Part shown: positions 11,136 to 24,232 of the stretch, piece after piece | Position numbering within the stretch: position 1 is the first letter of the stretch | How the letters are laid out: the number at the start of each line of letters is the position of its first letter | DNA from: Podarcis pityusensis | Taxonomy: Eukaryota | Reading direction: 5' to 3' (one strand) | Assembly (NCBI GenBank): GCA_964106645.2 | Contig: OZ067049.1 | Length of the DNA stretch: 64,000 nt | The notes under the pieces: model-generated | Databases searched by the model: none | Seen by the model: only the letters and a program-made list of their open reading frames with translations | What the model was told of the DNA's origin: nothing | Translations under genes and position numbers: made by a program

Positions 11136-13789
11136 GTTCTCTAATACCTGTACTTGGAAACACTTCAAGTATGACAAGACCTGAAAAACTGCCTTGGAAG
11201 CGGGAATATAGCTGGGGATACCCCTTTTACAGTGACTTGTTCCTCCTGTCTGCAAGAGATATGAATGAGAAAGGAGCACTTGGAATTCTCAAGGGGTGTG
11301 TAAGTCAAGCAGCCTACATGAGATGCATCAGATGGCTGTGACACAGAAAGAAAATATTGTACATCTAGAGGGAACCAAGCACAAATGAAAAAGAACCCGT
11401 GAATCAGGGCAAAAGGAGAACATGCCACCTTTGGGTTCAGACCTAAAGGACCCTGTGAACCGTTAACATTTTGTAGCCAACCTCCTCTCATTGGTACCCA
11501 AATATGGGAGAGCATCAAAGACCTGTGTATTATTTCTCAGGCTGGGCGAGAGATGTGGAATTAATGTTCCCACTCCTAAAGTATGACAAATGGTTCATGC
11601 CCCAACTTAGGGAATTTAGGGGAGCGATATTTATTTACTCAATGTTCTAAGCCACACCTTCACCCACATATGGATTCTGGGGCCATAAGAAATAAAAACT
11701 TTATTAAAAGCAAGCAATGAAAACCAAAACAAGCCAGAAACTATTCAACCGTATAAAACAATGCAGTGTGTTTTTTTAGTATGAGCAAATGAAAGCATAT
11801 TCATTTGAGAAAACTTCTGCACCAGGGACATTTTGTTCTTGTTTAAGTGATTGGGGATCTTCAGAGGGATGCACACTAACTCCTGGTATTTAACAGGAGA
11901 GCACATAAAAATACTAGAATCATTGTGCTTCAATTAAGCTGTCATCCTATAATCACTTACCTGGGAGTAAGCTTCATTGAACTCATTGGGATTTACCGTA
12001 CTTTTGAAATGTTAAAAAAATGAGGCTACTAATTTTTTTTTAATGCCAAAAGCCTTAACCACTGCATAAAACTATAGAAAACTACACAGGTGTTAGAGCA
12101 GCAGCCAGGATTGTTATGTTCCTTCTAGATAGAGACATGTTTTAAAAAATGGTGGGATGTTCTTTAAAGCCTCTTTGCTTTGCAACTCATTATGTTGCAC
12201 CAGAATATCTCTGAAAGCAGAGGTGTAGCCATAGTATTTGGTAATAATACAATACTTGCATGTGCATTGTAGGCTAATGATTACAACAAGAGGTGCATCT
12301 TAGTAAAAGGAAAATTATATAATGACCGGGTGGTGCCCACCCATAATTAAATCATAATTATATTACAAGCTGGTGGTGATCTCTCTACGTCCCTAGTTAA
12401 AAGTAGGCTAAATGCTTTGAAACAAGTCTTTATACAATTGGGAAGGACAGGCCAATGATAAAGGGTTATACTGCGATCCTATTACATGGGATTAAGCCCC
12501 ATGAAACTTAATAGGACTTACTTCTGAGTAGACATATGTAGAATTTCACTGAAAGCCACTCAGATGGAACATTCATATTCATACACTAAACAAATTATTT
12601 ATAATCTAAGACCAGAGGTATGGCGGAGCTAAAACTCATGATTGAAGACCATGCATATTATTTGAGCATAGATAAATCTCACTCGTGGTGTGATTTTATC
12701 CTAACCACACAGAGCTTGAGGCATAGTCCACAAGGTGGATGCTGGCATCTGCACATGATCCGTTGATGCTCTGGTGAGGTGCAAGCTTGCAACTGAGCAA
12801 CCACTGAGGCAAACCAACAGATGGAGGCTGAATACCCTCCTGATGTTTAGCGGAGAGTTGAGGAAAACACTGATGGAAGACAGGATACTCTTTTAAAGAG
12901 AACATGTCACATCCATCAGCAACAGTTATATGTGATCCCTTCAAAACTGTTATCAGAGGTCACTCGATTGTCCTTGCCTCAGATGTGAAAAGAAAGAGAG
13001 GCACAATGGCAAGTCCTTGCATGGCAATTTCTAAACTGGAACAGGTGTAGAAAATGTTACCAACTCCAAATTACTAGAAAATCAATAGAAACCAAGGAAA
13101 CAAAGAAAAGGGGGGGGAACCTATATTTTACATGAAACAATCCTATTCTGAATATAGAAAAAGATACATATGTATTTTTTAAAAAACCCAAAGAAATCCA
13201 AGCAACAGCATCATCATGGGCCCACAATTAAGAATACAAATGAGATAGCAACTGCTTTTGCAAAATATACAAGACCTTCTATCAATCAAATTTCCCAAAA
13301 GAGGTAGATGCCTCTGCTGTGCTGCAGAGATGTGGAATGCCCAAAATAGAGGCACTGCGTAAACAGGTGCCAGAACAACAGAGCAAGTCCAGAGAGCTAA
13401 AAAGTGAACAATGGAAATGCTCCTGGAACAGACTGCCTTCCTGCTGAGTTCTGTAAACATTTTAGTGGCAAGTTTCTAGCTCCTCCTGTGCTGGATGCCT
13501 TCAGTGGTGTGCCTTCAATCAGGCAAACACTAGATTTTCATGTGAAATAATTTTAATGCTGCTATTCAAAAGCAATGCAAGGAATTCTCTCTACCACAAG
13601 TATTCTGACCTATATCCTTCAATAACCAAGAGGAAATATTTGTTTTTACATCTATCCTAGCAGGTAAAATTTAATATTTTGCTGGAACCTAAATTAAAAT
13701 TGATTCTGATGAGGTGACATTTCAGTTTTTTCAAAAAGGCTCTTCCTGAGTTTTCCATAAATTACAAGAGTCCTGCCGTTTCTCCAGTT

Positions 13790-15430
13790 TCTTGCCACTG
13801 ACAGTTTGGAATGGCCCTTTTTGAAACAACTGTTTAAAAGTATTAACTCTGAATCTAATTTATGTAGAATGGTAAATGTCTTGCATTCTACAGCACAATA
13901 TTGTGCAGCAATAAATGGTGCTATGCCAGCCTGCTTCCCACTAACTAGGCAAGAGTGTCATAAAATACGATTATACGCAGATGACCTCCTTCTTTTGACA
14001 ATTCTTCCAGAGTTTGGTTCCTTTCGCTCCATCTCAGTATTTAAAAATAAACTGACAAATCAGAGGTTCTCATGATGTTCTCTCTCTCAAGGAATTGTGG
14101 GGTATGTATTTCCCTTTAAATGCATCACCACCTCAGTGAAATATTTTGGAGTAAATATAATTACTCAATTGTCACAGTTGTATCAAACCACCTTTGCAAC
14201 ACTCTTGAAAAATGCACTGAATGATTTGGCACGATTCCCAGTTTGGGTGGATAGCATGACTTAATATGAGGGTTGTATCATTATTTCCTATATTTATTTA
14301 AAACAGTCCCCATATATATTCCAGAAAAACCATTGGAGAAACGGCTGAATGATTTTCCAAAGTAGGGGTTCCTTAACCATGATATGTTTCACTCAGGTGG
14401 TCTGCGACCCTTCCATTACAATATTCATATTGATTTTTAGTGGTGTTTTAATTGCTTTTTTTATTTCTTATCATGTTGTATTGTACTAAAATTTGCATTC
14501 CACATAATGTTTGAAAAGTACTTTAGTAACATTACAGTTGCTAAAGAAACAAGCAGAAAAAACATGAAGTGATCCACCAAGACCCTCAAGTGGTGGGTGG
14601 CAGGGAGGGGGGAGTTTGAGATCCACTGTTCTAAATTTTATCTAGAGCGGGGAAAGGCATTGGGTACAAGCTCAAACATTATATAGAAAAACAAAATTAT
14701 TAGGGGAACAGCAATGCCAAATCTTCTTTACAATGTTCTTTCCTCCTGGTGGGTGCAAATGATAAAATGGACTCAAACAGAGCAACACACACACCCCTTA
14801 TTATATGGAAGCTATTTTATGGACTGCAAATCATACCTGTTGTTCCTAATAAACACTTGATGGTAGCTACTATGCTTAAGGTACGGCATGCCAAAGTATA
14901 GCATCTCTTTCTAGGTACACCAATCACCATTAGCCTAGTTTGTACTGCACAAATTTCAGCACAATTTTTCTTTCAACCAATTTTCACCCTGGATTCTAAT
15001 GGATCTTAAATGCTTTATAAACCTATAACCTAATCAGAATTTGATACCTTATGACAGGCTACAACCATCATCACCAAAGACCCCCTCAGCCATGGCTAGA
15101 ATATTTGCAAACAGAAAAGTTTCATGCAGAAAGAATGATTTGTTATGCCCCCGAATTACAAGACCACTAACCTTATTTGAATGCTTGTTTCACTAAGCTA
15201 ACTCATTGGACTGAGGGTTGGTTTCACAGATAAGTGTCAGGTTGCAGTTCAGGAACAATAAAACAATTTGCAAGTTCAAACTGTGGAGTGGGGTGGAACG
15301 CTAGCTATAAACTGCAAAAGAAGATTGGAGGATACTATGGTCCAGCAATGCTTTAGGGTTATATTAATGATGAAGGTATAAAACATAAGAAATTATGAAT
15401 TAATTTATTAACTACTGCCTGGTTAGCAAT
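13790..15430 (+). mobile_element. Old degraded L1-clade LINE, RT region
   Basis: LEWPFL...ING...HKIRLYADDLLL and VKYFGV motifs with frameshifts and stops; interrupted about 14360-14630 by a probable MITE. Confidence 0.65.
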
Positions 15431-15719
15431 AGAACAAAAATGGAAATCTGTCTACACACCTACAAGAGGGGACTGGGCTTTTTAGCGAGAAAAAAAGATT
15501 TTTTTAACAATGGACAAATTAATGCAATTAATTAATTCAGAAGGCTCATCAACAGAAATCTCATCATTTTAGGGGAAAGTACATTTAAGCTTTAATGCAA
15601 TTATTATTATAGTATGTACATTTTGTACTGCATTTCCTCCATTCAGAATATTCCTGCTTACTTTCTCCCCCCGCCGCCCCCGCTGCCCCATCATACACCT
15701 GGCAATCTAGTATAACACT

Positions 15720-15790
15720 TCAAGCATCTGATGAACCGGACTCTAGCCCTGGAAAGCTTTTGCCAAAATAAATTTGTTGATCTTTTAACA
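15720..15790 (+). mobile_element. Penelope-like element terminal remnant with hammerhead-ribozyme-like core
   Basis: GCAT-CTGATGA-(short stem-loop)-GAAA-GCTT...AATAAA-TTTGTT pattern of reptile PLE pseudo-LTRs. A more degenerate copy lies about 10578-10635. Confidence 0.6.
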
Positions 15791-16412
15791 GGCTGCTGCT
15801 GCCGTCGCCCACAGCTGCTTCACTTCCTTCGCGAGGTGGCGCTGTTTCCCTGCGCCAAGGAAAGAGAGGCTGTGCGTTGAATTTGGGGCGATCTGTTGCT
15901 CTGTCTGGCCGTGGACGCAATCTGGCAGTTCGGAAAGACGAGGAGAACGAAAGATGCATCGGCCAGCACAACAGACCCCTCGGTCTCGTTCCTTGCAATG
16001 CATCGGCCCACACAGCGGAGCTGGAGGCGATTGCTTGCCTGCCTGCCTGCCTTTCTCCTTTGCGCAAAGTCACAGGCAAGAGGCTTTTGCAGCTCCCACA
16101 ACAAGGGACACCCTTATAGATTCGGCCTGGGGTTCTCATGATGATGACCCATCGGAAGTCTCGCGCCCAGCAAAAGAAAGTATTCAGCTGCGTTTGCAAG
16201 AATTCTCTTGAGTGGATCGGTAGCCCATGTTAGCGCAGTTGTCCAGCTATCATGGCCTCTTAAGGATTCAGCCAAAAATAAACGCTTCCTTGGCCTCTCT
16301 CAAAGGGACAGCCGTCCTACACAGATGCATGCCCTCAAAGGAGCCCCGAGTCAGTGGAATTGACTCTGGGCATCGACATCCGAAGAGGGTGCTTCTATAA
16401 GCATCCCACTGT

Positions 16413-16669
16413 CTTGGGTGTAGCCAAGATTTATGGGGGGGGGGGCAGGAAACCCACCTGTCATCATCCTCTGTTTGGCTGTCTAGCAGAATCCGGGTGA
16501 AATGTCTCAACAGCAGTTGTTTTAAATTACTTTCTCTTGACCCCAAATGCTCAGGGGGGAAATCTGTCAAAATCTTTCTACAATTTCTACTTTTAGTCAA
16601 GTATGTTTTATATATTTACTTGATTTAGGGAGGCAGCTGCCCCTCCGGTCCCCTCTGGCTACGCCCATG
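16413..16669. mobile_element. hAT-type MITE
   Basis: TIRs CTTGGGTGTAGCCA and (rc) CATGGGCGTAGCCA; 8-bp TSD cccactgt/cccactgg. Confidence 0.75.
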
Positions 16670-17358
16670 CCCACTGGATCAGGGCCTCCCGAGCCATCAG
16701 CCGCGCCAGGGCAGCGGGGGTAGCAGCTAGGCGAACTCATGTCATTCCTTTGAGAGGAAGAAAGATAACAAATGGAGTCAAAGTTGACAGAACAGGAGGC
16801 ATTACACCTTTAGGGGGCTGCCAGGAAGACCCCTGAGAGACCCTCCATCCGGATCAGTACTGTAAACCTCTTAGATGTTTGGATAATTAAGCGATGTGTA
16901 GATTTTAAAACAAAGTAACAAAGAAGGTCGAGAAGGGCACTGTTTGGTTTCTAATTCGGAACGTATTTTGCTTCCCAAACGTTTGTGCTCAGAGGTCTCA
17001 AGCCTCGCTGAGTTTAATGCGGACTTAACTTCTGGTTAAGTGTGTTGAGGGTCTCAGACCCGTTTGAAACCAAAGCAGTCTAGTTTTAAAAGTAATTCGC
17101 GGCCCCAAGAGAAGCAGCACTATTTCTTTCCACCAACCCAGATGGCTTTAGAAGAGGCTTGGACAAATTCATGGAGGGCTAGCGTAGGCTTCTGGCCGCG
17201 ATGCACAATCATTGGTGCTACTTGGGGTTCCCATGTCACCTCCAAACTGAAAACGTGGCCGCGACTTTCCTTGTATCTATCACAAATTAAAACGAAGCTG
17301 GGGAGCAACTGAACAGCGTTAAACCAAAGGACGGATTTAAGGCTCTTTGAAAGAACAA

Positions 17359-17527
17359 GGCTGCAACCCTAACGCCGTTTACCAGGGAGTAAGCCCCGTC
17401 GGATCAATAGGACTTACTTCTGAGTAGACATGGTTAGGGCTGCTGGCTAACAGCGCAATCCTATGCACGTTTGCCTGGAGGTAAGTTTCATTGTACCCCA
17501 TGCATATACATATACAGGATTGCACCG
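17359..17527. mobile_element. Two adjacent palindromic MITE-like repeats
   Basis: ggctgcaacccta...gagtaagcccc...aataggacttacttctgagtagacatggttagg, then cagcgcaatcctatgc...ggattgcaccg. Confidence 0.65.
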
Positions 17528-19629
17528 GAAACGCTCGATTGTGGCATAAACTTTTGTGGACTAGGTCTGTCTAGTGTATGACCCGCTTCCTTTTAAAAGG
17601 AAGGAGGCAATCCTCAAAGTGCAACTTGACTGCGGAGTAAATCCCATTTAACTCAGCCGGCACGAGAGGATCTCCCCTGGAAATGCCCCCGGGCACTCCT
17701 GGAACTTGCGCATCGGAGGACATAAACCCGGGATAGGAAGAGGAGAGCGCAAAGGCAAGCACAAGCAACCGGGAAGCAAATCCCCAAGAAATCAAGCAAA
17801 CTACGTAGGCGAGCAACCCATCCAGAAGTCAAGGGCAGCGCTCCTTTCTATTAGGATGACGCAAGGACAGAGCCAAGATCGCCAGACGAATTCACACCGC
17901 GCAAACAGTTTAGGATGGCAGCCTCAGTCCCGAAACTTATCCTTCTCCCAATAACATCAGAAGGACCAACTAAACCTGCTGCCTGGCCTAAGATTATTAC
18001 ATCTGTATCCACTATTTCTCCCCAAAGATCTCTTCCTGTTCCCGCCCCAGTCTTATTCCCGCAACAACACCCCTGCGCTGTAGGTAAGTGAGACTAAGAG
18101 AAAGAGAGACGCCCACGATGAATGACCGAGCAGAGATTTGTATCCTGGTCCTTGTCCGACCTTTCCCGCTATTACACAACGCCACACCAGCTCTAAAACG
18201 CGGTTGAGAATTTCAAAGCCCCCAATCTGCAAGGAGTCCTGTGCCCCACCGGCCCAGGGGGCAGAGGGACCAGCGAGCCTTTTCCTTTGGAAAGGGGAAG
18301 GGAAGCGGCTGAGGCTGGCTGCAATGTTGTTTTGGAAACCCATGACGCTGGCTGCCTCTAGGAGAGGTTTTGTCCCCGGGGGTGTCGGGTCTTTTACGCA
18401 ACCTGGGAATCTCGAAAGCTCCAGGCGCGTCTCCTTGCCCTTTCCAAGAAAAGCAATTGGAACAAGCCAGTGGGCGATCAGTAGGGTCCCCACTACCCCG
18501 CTACCGAGTCCCCCTACCTTCTAGCCAAGAGGCTGGAGGGTTTAAGTGACTCAACTTTGGGAGCAATTGGAGATCATGAAATGAAAGAGGTGGTCGATCC
18601 TTTACTGCCTGGAGTGGGGCAGAGATGGGGAGGAAGGGGGGAGATCCACATTTAGTCAGGCTTACCTCCCTCTTTTTGTATTGCGAGTCAAAGGGACCGG
18701 AAAAGCGGGCATGTCTATTCACGCAGGAATAATGTTATTCGCCCTTCCACATTTCAGGAGTTGTGCTCGGCTTTAAAGTGATTCACACCCTCATTCTATC
18801 CTCATTTACTTGGAATGAAGGCCAGGGAGACCTGCTTCCAAGGCTGAAATCCTAACATGCTGTCTTGCGCCGTAGCGCACTCTGGTGTTCAGGATCAGGT
18901 TAGGTTAGAAGGCTTATGAAGAGTGCAGTTCAGCCCCACTCAAGGCCGTGGGGCCAAATAGCCGGCTTCCCTACCTGGGCCTGGCCTGGTGGGGTCTAGT
19001 GGTTAGGCGGGTTGAAGTTACAAAGTCGCTTTGCAAAGGCGGTATCTCCACGCAAAACCGCACAGGCTGTAACTGACACAGCCCGCTGGTGCCCACTGCG
19101 CGTTTTCCCCTCTGCATGGTCCCCTCACCCACTCACCCCAAGGAAACCCGGTTCTGTTCCTCAGTCTTTCACAAAAATATCCCAAGCGGAGATAGGAGAG
19201 ATCCTAAGTTACTGGGGGGAAAGTGGGAGTAGCTGCCCTCTCTCCCCCGCGCGCACCGACTTCAGCAGCAGCAAGGCATGCAGCACAACTTTGGAGAGCA
19301 GGGAACCTTTCAGTGGGTCAAAGAGCAAACGAGAAATGCCGTAATCATTTGAAGGCACTTGGGGGACGGGTTGATGGAGACCCGATTGACCTCGGGGTCA
19401 GGCTGGCCTCTGCGTTAGGAGAGGGGCGGGTTGGGGTGGCTGGGTGTGAGGCTGAGAAAGAGACACCACCACACCAACCTGCATGCTTCCTACTTTGGAG
19501 CAAACCTAACCTTCCTAGTTTCGACTGAGAAGCAGCAAAGGCAAGTCAATAAACCCATATCGACGCCCTCGCCTTCGGTTGCCTGGCAGGAAGAGACGAG
19601 AGAGAGAGAGATTACTCCAGTGCCTCTTA

Positions 19630-19656
19630 AAAGGTAAAGGTAAAGGACCCCTGGAC
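19630..19656 (-). mobile_element. Sauria SINE tail-only fragment
   Basis: aaaggtaaaggtaaaggacccctgga matches the tail end of the 5017 copy. Confidence 0.55.
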
Positions 19657-20236
19657 CGCAGAGATCCTGAACAGCCCCGACTGAAAACACTAGCGCATCT
19701 TAAGAAGCGAGGAGAAGGTGGCTGCCACCTGCTCCAACTGCAAACCTTACCGCGCTACCGTTTGTGGTTTTCGTAACTTTATCCTTTTAGAAAGAAAACT
19801 GTGACCCGATGGAGAGACAAGCATGACAACAGGGAAGGCGCGTTAAACCGATACAAGGCTCCTCTGTTAGATAGAAGGGAAAGGTTTTGGAGGGATGGGA
19901 GGAAAAAAAACAATCAAACCAAAACCTTGCTCTGCAGGCCACCTAACATTGCTTCCAAATTTTGGTGTGGAAACCTGAATGAGAACAAGATTAAGAATAG
20001 CAATCCTCTTCCCCAAGGATTGGCACCGGAGGGCGCGCAACAGTTTTACAGCTCTCGGCCCCACACGGCCCCAGATAGTCTTGCAATTGCCTATTTCTTG
20101 CAGCCTCAAACCCAAACTTTCTGTTTTCGCCTATCCAGTTTGGAAGGGAGGCAACACCCAGCAAGATCCCTTGCCAAAAAAATAATGCGCTCAGGATTTC
20201 CGGGTGGCAGTGGCGGAGGGAAACAAAACACTGACG

Positions 20237-20356
20237 CATGGGCGTAGCCGCGGGGAGCCAGGGAGGGGCAGCCTGCCCCCCAAAATAATAATAATAAAAA
20301 ACTTAGGTAACTAAGGTTCTGCCCCCCCCCCAACAAAAATCCTGGCTACGTCCATG
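20237..20356. mobile_element. hAT-type MITE, same family as 16413-16669
   Basis: TIRs CATGGGCGTAGCC and (rc) CATGGACGTAGCC; flanks cactgacg/gactcacg (6/8). Confidence 0.7.
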
Positions 20357-21472
20357 GACTCACGCAACAAGCACCACGGTTCCTCCAAATGTAACCTCGT
20401 AGGGCTTCTCACCTCGTTTTTCTATGGCTCTCTCTATTGCTCAGGAACATTTAGAACTAAGTCGGCACACACTTGTTGGAAGTGGCACTGGAATTAATGG
20501 GCTGACTTTTGAATAAATGTCCTTAGGATCGGGTTGTTCGTTCCAAAGACATACTTGTCTCTTTTTCTTAGAGTGGCGAAGATCGGGATGCTAGGACCGC
20601 TCTCATGACAGCCTTAGACAATAGCCAAGAGAGCTAGATCAACAGTTAGCGAGTGCTCCTTCTGGACTTAAAGCCTCATGCTGATCAAGCACAAGGGCTC
20701 TTTGGGAAAAGGAAGCCTCCCATTGTCAGAGGAGTTAATTGTTCACTTGCAGCCCCGGGAAGAATTTCCTTCCCAACGCTCCGATCCTAAGCTTCTTTAC
20801 ACGGAAAGTGGGTTCTGCTGGACTCGGATCCAGATGCCAGTCAGCAAAGCCCAGGGTCGGAGTATTTAACGATATAGTATCACTTCCTTTGCACAAATTG
20901 CAGAACTTTGCATTTAAAAAAAAGAGACAGACAGAAAGACACTCTTCACTCTACCCTTGCTTTCGTTTTCCATTAAAAGGAAACACAAGACGTGCCTGTA
21001 GGTGTATACACATATAAACACAGAGCTAGCCACTTAAATGCCTTCACAATATTTTCCAAATCGTGCTCCCCCCCATCAGATCTGGTGATGAGCAACAGAA
21101 GTTAATACAATCTGGATGTATTTCACAAATGAGTACATTCTTAAAGTATAATTTGAATACCAAAGTGCTCATTCATCAGCAGTTATTATTCACAGCAATT
21201 GTTATATTTTCCCTCCTTGACACAACATCCGCAAGATTTCCGACACCCCTGACTAAACAGTCCTACTTAGAAGTAAACTCGGTTGCTGTCAATAGGACTT
21301 CTTTCCCTGATGTCTACTTTCAATGAGGTCTCCATGGAAATGTTAACCAACCACATTAAAGAGTATATATGCTTTCAGTCAGAAGAGGGAATTCGAAGAT
21401 GAATTTGAAGATGCCACCTTTTTATCTTTAGAAAGAAATTAACTAACCTAACAACAATTATTTTATCTGGTG

Positions 21473-21478
21473 TTTATT
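21473..21478 (-). terminator. Polyadenylation signal AATAAA (distal)
   Basis: tttatt on plus; followed on minus by GU-rich ttgttgttaggttagtt. Confidence 0.5.
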
Positions 21479-21733
21479 AATTCCATTTAAAATCTTACAG
21501 ATAAAAATCAATTACATTTCATGCATTTAAAATGCAAATTTAAAGTGTTCCAGCGAAAGGCTTTTTTCCATTTCAATGTGAAATATCCAAACTTATTTCA
21601 ACATTACAATGAGACTATTTGTTTGCAGGGTTTGCAAACTTCAAAGTAGCATCAGGAGTGTTTTAGTAACATTCACCATTATTATTTTCAGGAAATACAC
21701 ATAGGCCATCATTAGTCAGTTTCACTTGGACAG

Positions 21734-21739
21734 TTTATT
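21734..21739 (-). terminator. Polyadenylation signal AATAAA (proximal)
   Basis: tttatt on plus; a GU-rich tgtgtattt element lies downstream on minus. Confidence 0.55.
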
Positions 21740-22885
21740 TAATACATGGGTCTGGGTGCGCCCACTGTTTTGAAATATAGGAGAACTCTCACTTAAACTA
21801 TACCTGAACTGCCAGCAAATGCAAATAAGTACATGCTCCATTAAATTAAATGTCATTCAACATTTATCAAATATTGTTTGCTTAATTACAGTCTTACGCC
21901 TATCTAAATTAATATTCAAGCAAAAACTATATCCTGAAGTGCAATTTGCTGCACACTTCAAGGGACAAGTTAAAAATGCAGTTAATTAGGACTGCAACAA
22001 TAATGCTTTAATATTTTCTTGTGACCAAAAAGAGGAGGGGGGAAGAAGGGGGGGAAGCTCAAGTGTACTTTAATATATTTTCAAATATTTACTGGAAGTA
22101 ATATACAAGAAAAATACTATACAAAATCGTCTCCTGGACAACTGCATCTCACACCGATACACTGGTGGGAGTTATATTTGTTAGCTATTTTACAACGATT
22201 CCGTTGTACAAACCATTAGGTTTAGAATTATTTTACAAATATTTGTCCCTATGACCCCCCTCTTTTTTGGCATTCAAACTACAGGCTCGCTGAAAAGCAA
22301 GGGTACTTCTTAAATTATTTAAATCAGAAAAATAATGCTACAAATAATAATTTTAATCCTAGGTGCATCTAGAGCACTGCATGAATATAGATGCTGAAAC
22401 TCTGAAATCAGAGGGCTATCACGCTGGTACAATTTTTTAAACATGGGAGAAACTTTTAAGAAAATGAAGTTACTGAAAATTAGCCTATCTATCTTTTAAG
22501 AGAAAAATCATCAGAAGAGATCTGAAGTCAAACACATTTCGAATTATGGGCACTATCCAGCCACAATTAAGCAATTTAAAGTCATTTGATTTCAATAGGA
22601 TAGAATTAATCTTGAGTTTAGCCACTGAAACCAACTGGACATTAAAATTGTCTGGATTATACTCAAGGTTTCCAAGAACAAATGTAAATGTTTGTGTCCA
22701 AAAGTGTTGGATTTGCCAGAGTAATTACACTTTCTCCAAGAAGCATTTTTTAAAAAGAAAAAAAGACTAAGCATGATTTAGGCTGTGATCAATTAAGGCA
22801 GAGAACTTAGATTTATAGCCCAATCCATAATTCACTTAAATTAGTGGGGTTTACACTGATACAGTCCAATTGAACGAAATGAATG

Positions 22886-22976
22886 CAGCCCAACCCTATG
22901 CATGTTTTCTTCAGAAGTAAGATCCACTGTGCTCAATGGATATTACTCCCATAAGCATGCATAGGATTGTAGCTTA
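22886..22976. mobile_element. Palindromic MITE-like repeat inside the SP8 3'UTR
   Basis: Arms caaccctatgcatgttt and aagcatgcataggattg are 15/17 complementary; inner stem atccactg/caatggat; ends at TTA. Confidence 0.7.
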
Positions 22977-24232
22977 AGGCAACTTAATTCAGTTTTACTT
23001 ACTTCTGTGTAAACATATATGGGGTTGAGCTGTGAAGTTGAAATCCTAAGGACACCAAGAAGATCCTTGGACATAACCTCTTATTGAAGCAGAAGTCACT
23101 TGTTTCAGAGCAATTGTTTTAGAATTGGATGCCAGCGAAATCTGCTGAAATTCAGGAATTTTCCTTTGGCTGTAAATCTCACGGGCTTCAAAGGGGATAT
23201 CACTCAAAACACTTCTTTACTTGGAAGAAAGTTTAATTGACTCCCATTGAATGTAACGCCCCACCCCCACCCCCAAACCTCAGGTAGGGATCATAGACTA
23301 AAATGCCTTGGACTAGCCTCCGAAGCAGTTTACTTGGAAATGTTGTAAAATAAGTACCCACTTCATTCCAATTCGGAATACTCTGGCGTAAGTGATTTGC
23401 GAATGGGGCTGGTTAGTGATCACACCTACATGCACACTCACATAAACACACACACAAATGCTTCAGGCTTCACCCTTTTACTCCAGAGTAATCCCACCAA
23501 CTTCAACGGGCAGCATTCTAGCGGGCTGGCGACTGCAGTTCAATGCAAAGTTGAAGAGAAGTTTAGGAGTGGTCCGAAATAATAAGGTTTTTTTTTAAAT
23601 TTAAAAAAGCTTCCCACGATATATATATATATATCTATTTAATTCAAAGTGCTTTCAGCGGGAGATCTTGGCTGCTTTTTGTTTTGTTTCCTGATAAGAG
23701 ACTCTAATTCTCAATCAATAGGTTGTTGGCTCTGTAGTTTGTCCAGATCGGGATCCCACGCCCTCCCTCCGTCCCGCAGGTTGGAGACTCCCCCCCCCCC
23801 GCCAAAAAATAAAACCTCTTCCCCTTGGAGCGTGGAAGTCAGTGGGGAGGGGGGGCTGCCTCTCTGGAGCAGCTGCTTGGGAGACCCCCAAAGATCCCGC
23901 GAGAAAGTTCCTCCTCCTCCTCCTCTCGCCCGTGCGCGGCTCAGGCGGCGTAGCTGCGAGGGCGGCCGGGGGCCGGAGCTTGCGGGGCAAGACAGCCCAG
24001 TGAGGGGTCCGTGCGGGGGATCAATGCGCGGCGCTACTTACATGTCCAGAGAGATTTCCCCCGTGTTTTTTGTGTTTTGTTTTTAACCCCCTGACCAGAG
24101 TCGCTGAGACAGGCGCGAGGTTTCCCCTCAGGCGGCTGGGCGGGAAAACAAAAAGGCGGGAGGAGAAAGAAGGAAAACCACACACACACGAAAAGGAGTC
24201 CCCTCGGGGCCTTGCCTCGGAGCCTGCCGCTT

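Larger units (their letters stand above)
21450..24232 (-). other. SP8: SP8 3'UTR (about 2.5-2.8 kb)
   Basis: Follows the TGA stop. AU-rich distal part with two AATAAA signals. End points inferred. Confidence 0.65.

Noticed and set aside
1-15700. Exons of ABCB5, the mammalian downstream neighbour
   Set aside because: No ABC-transporter motifs recognised in the ORF track or by eye; short exons cannot be excluded.
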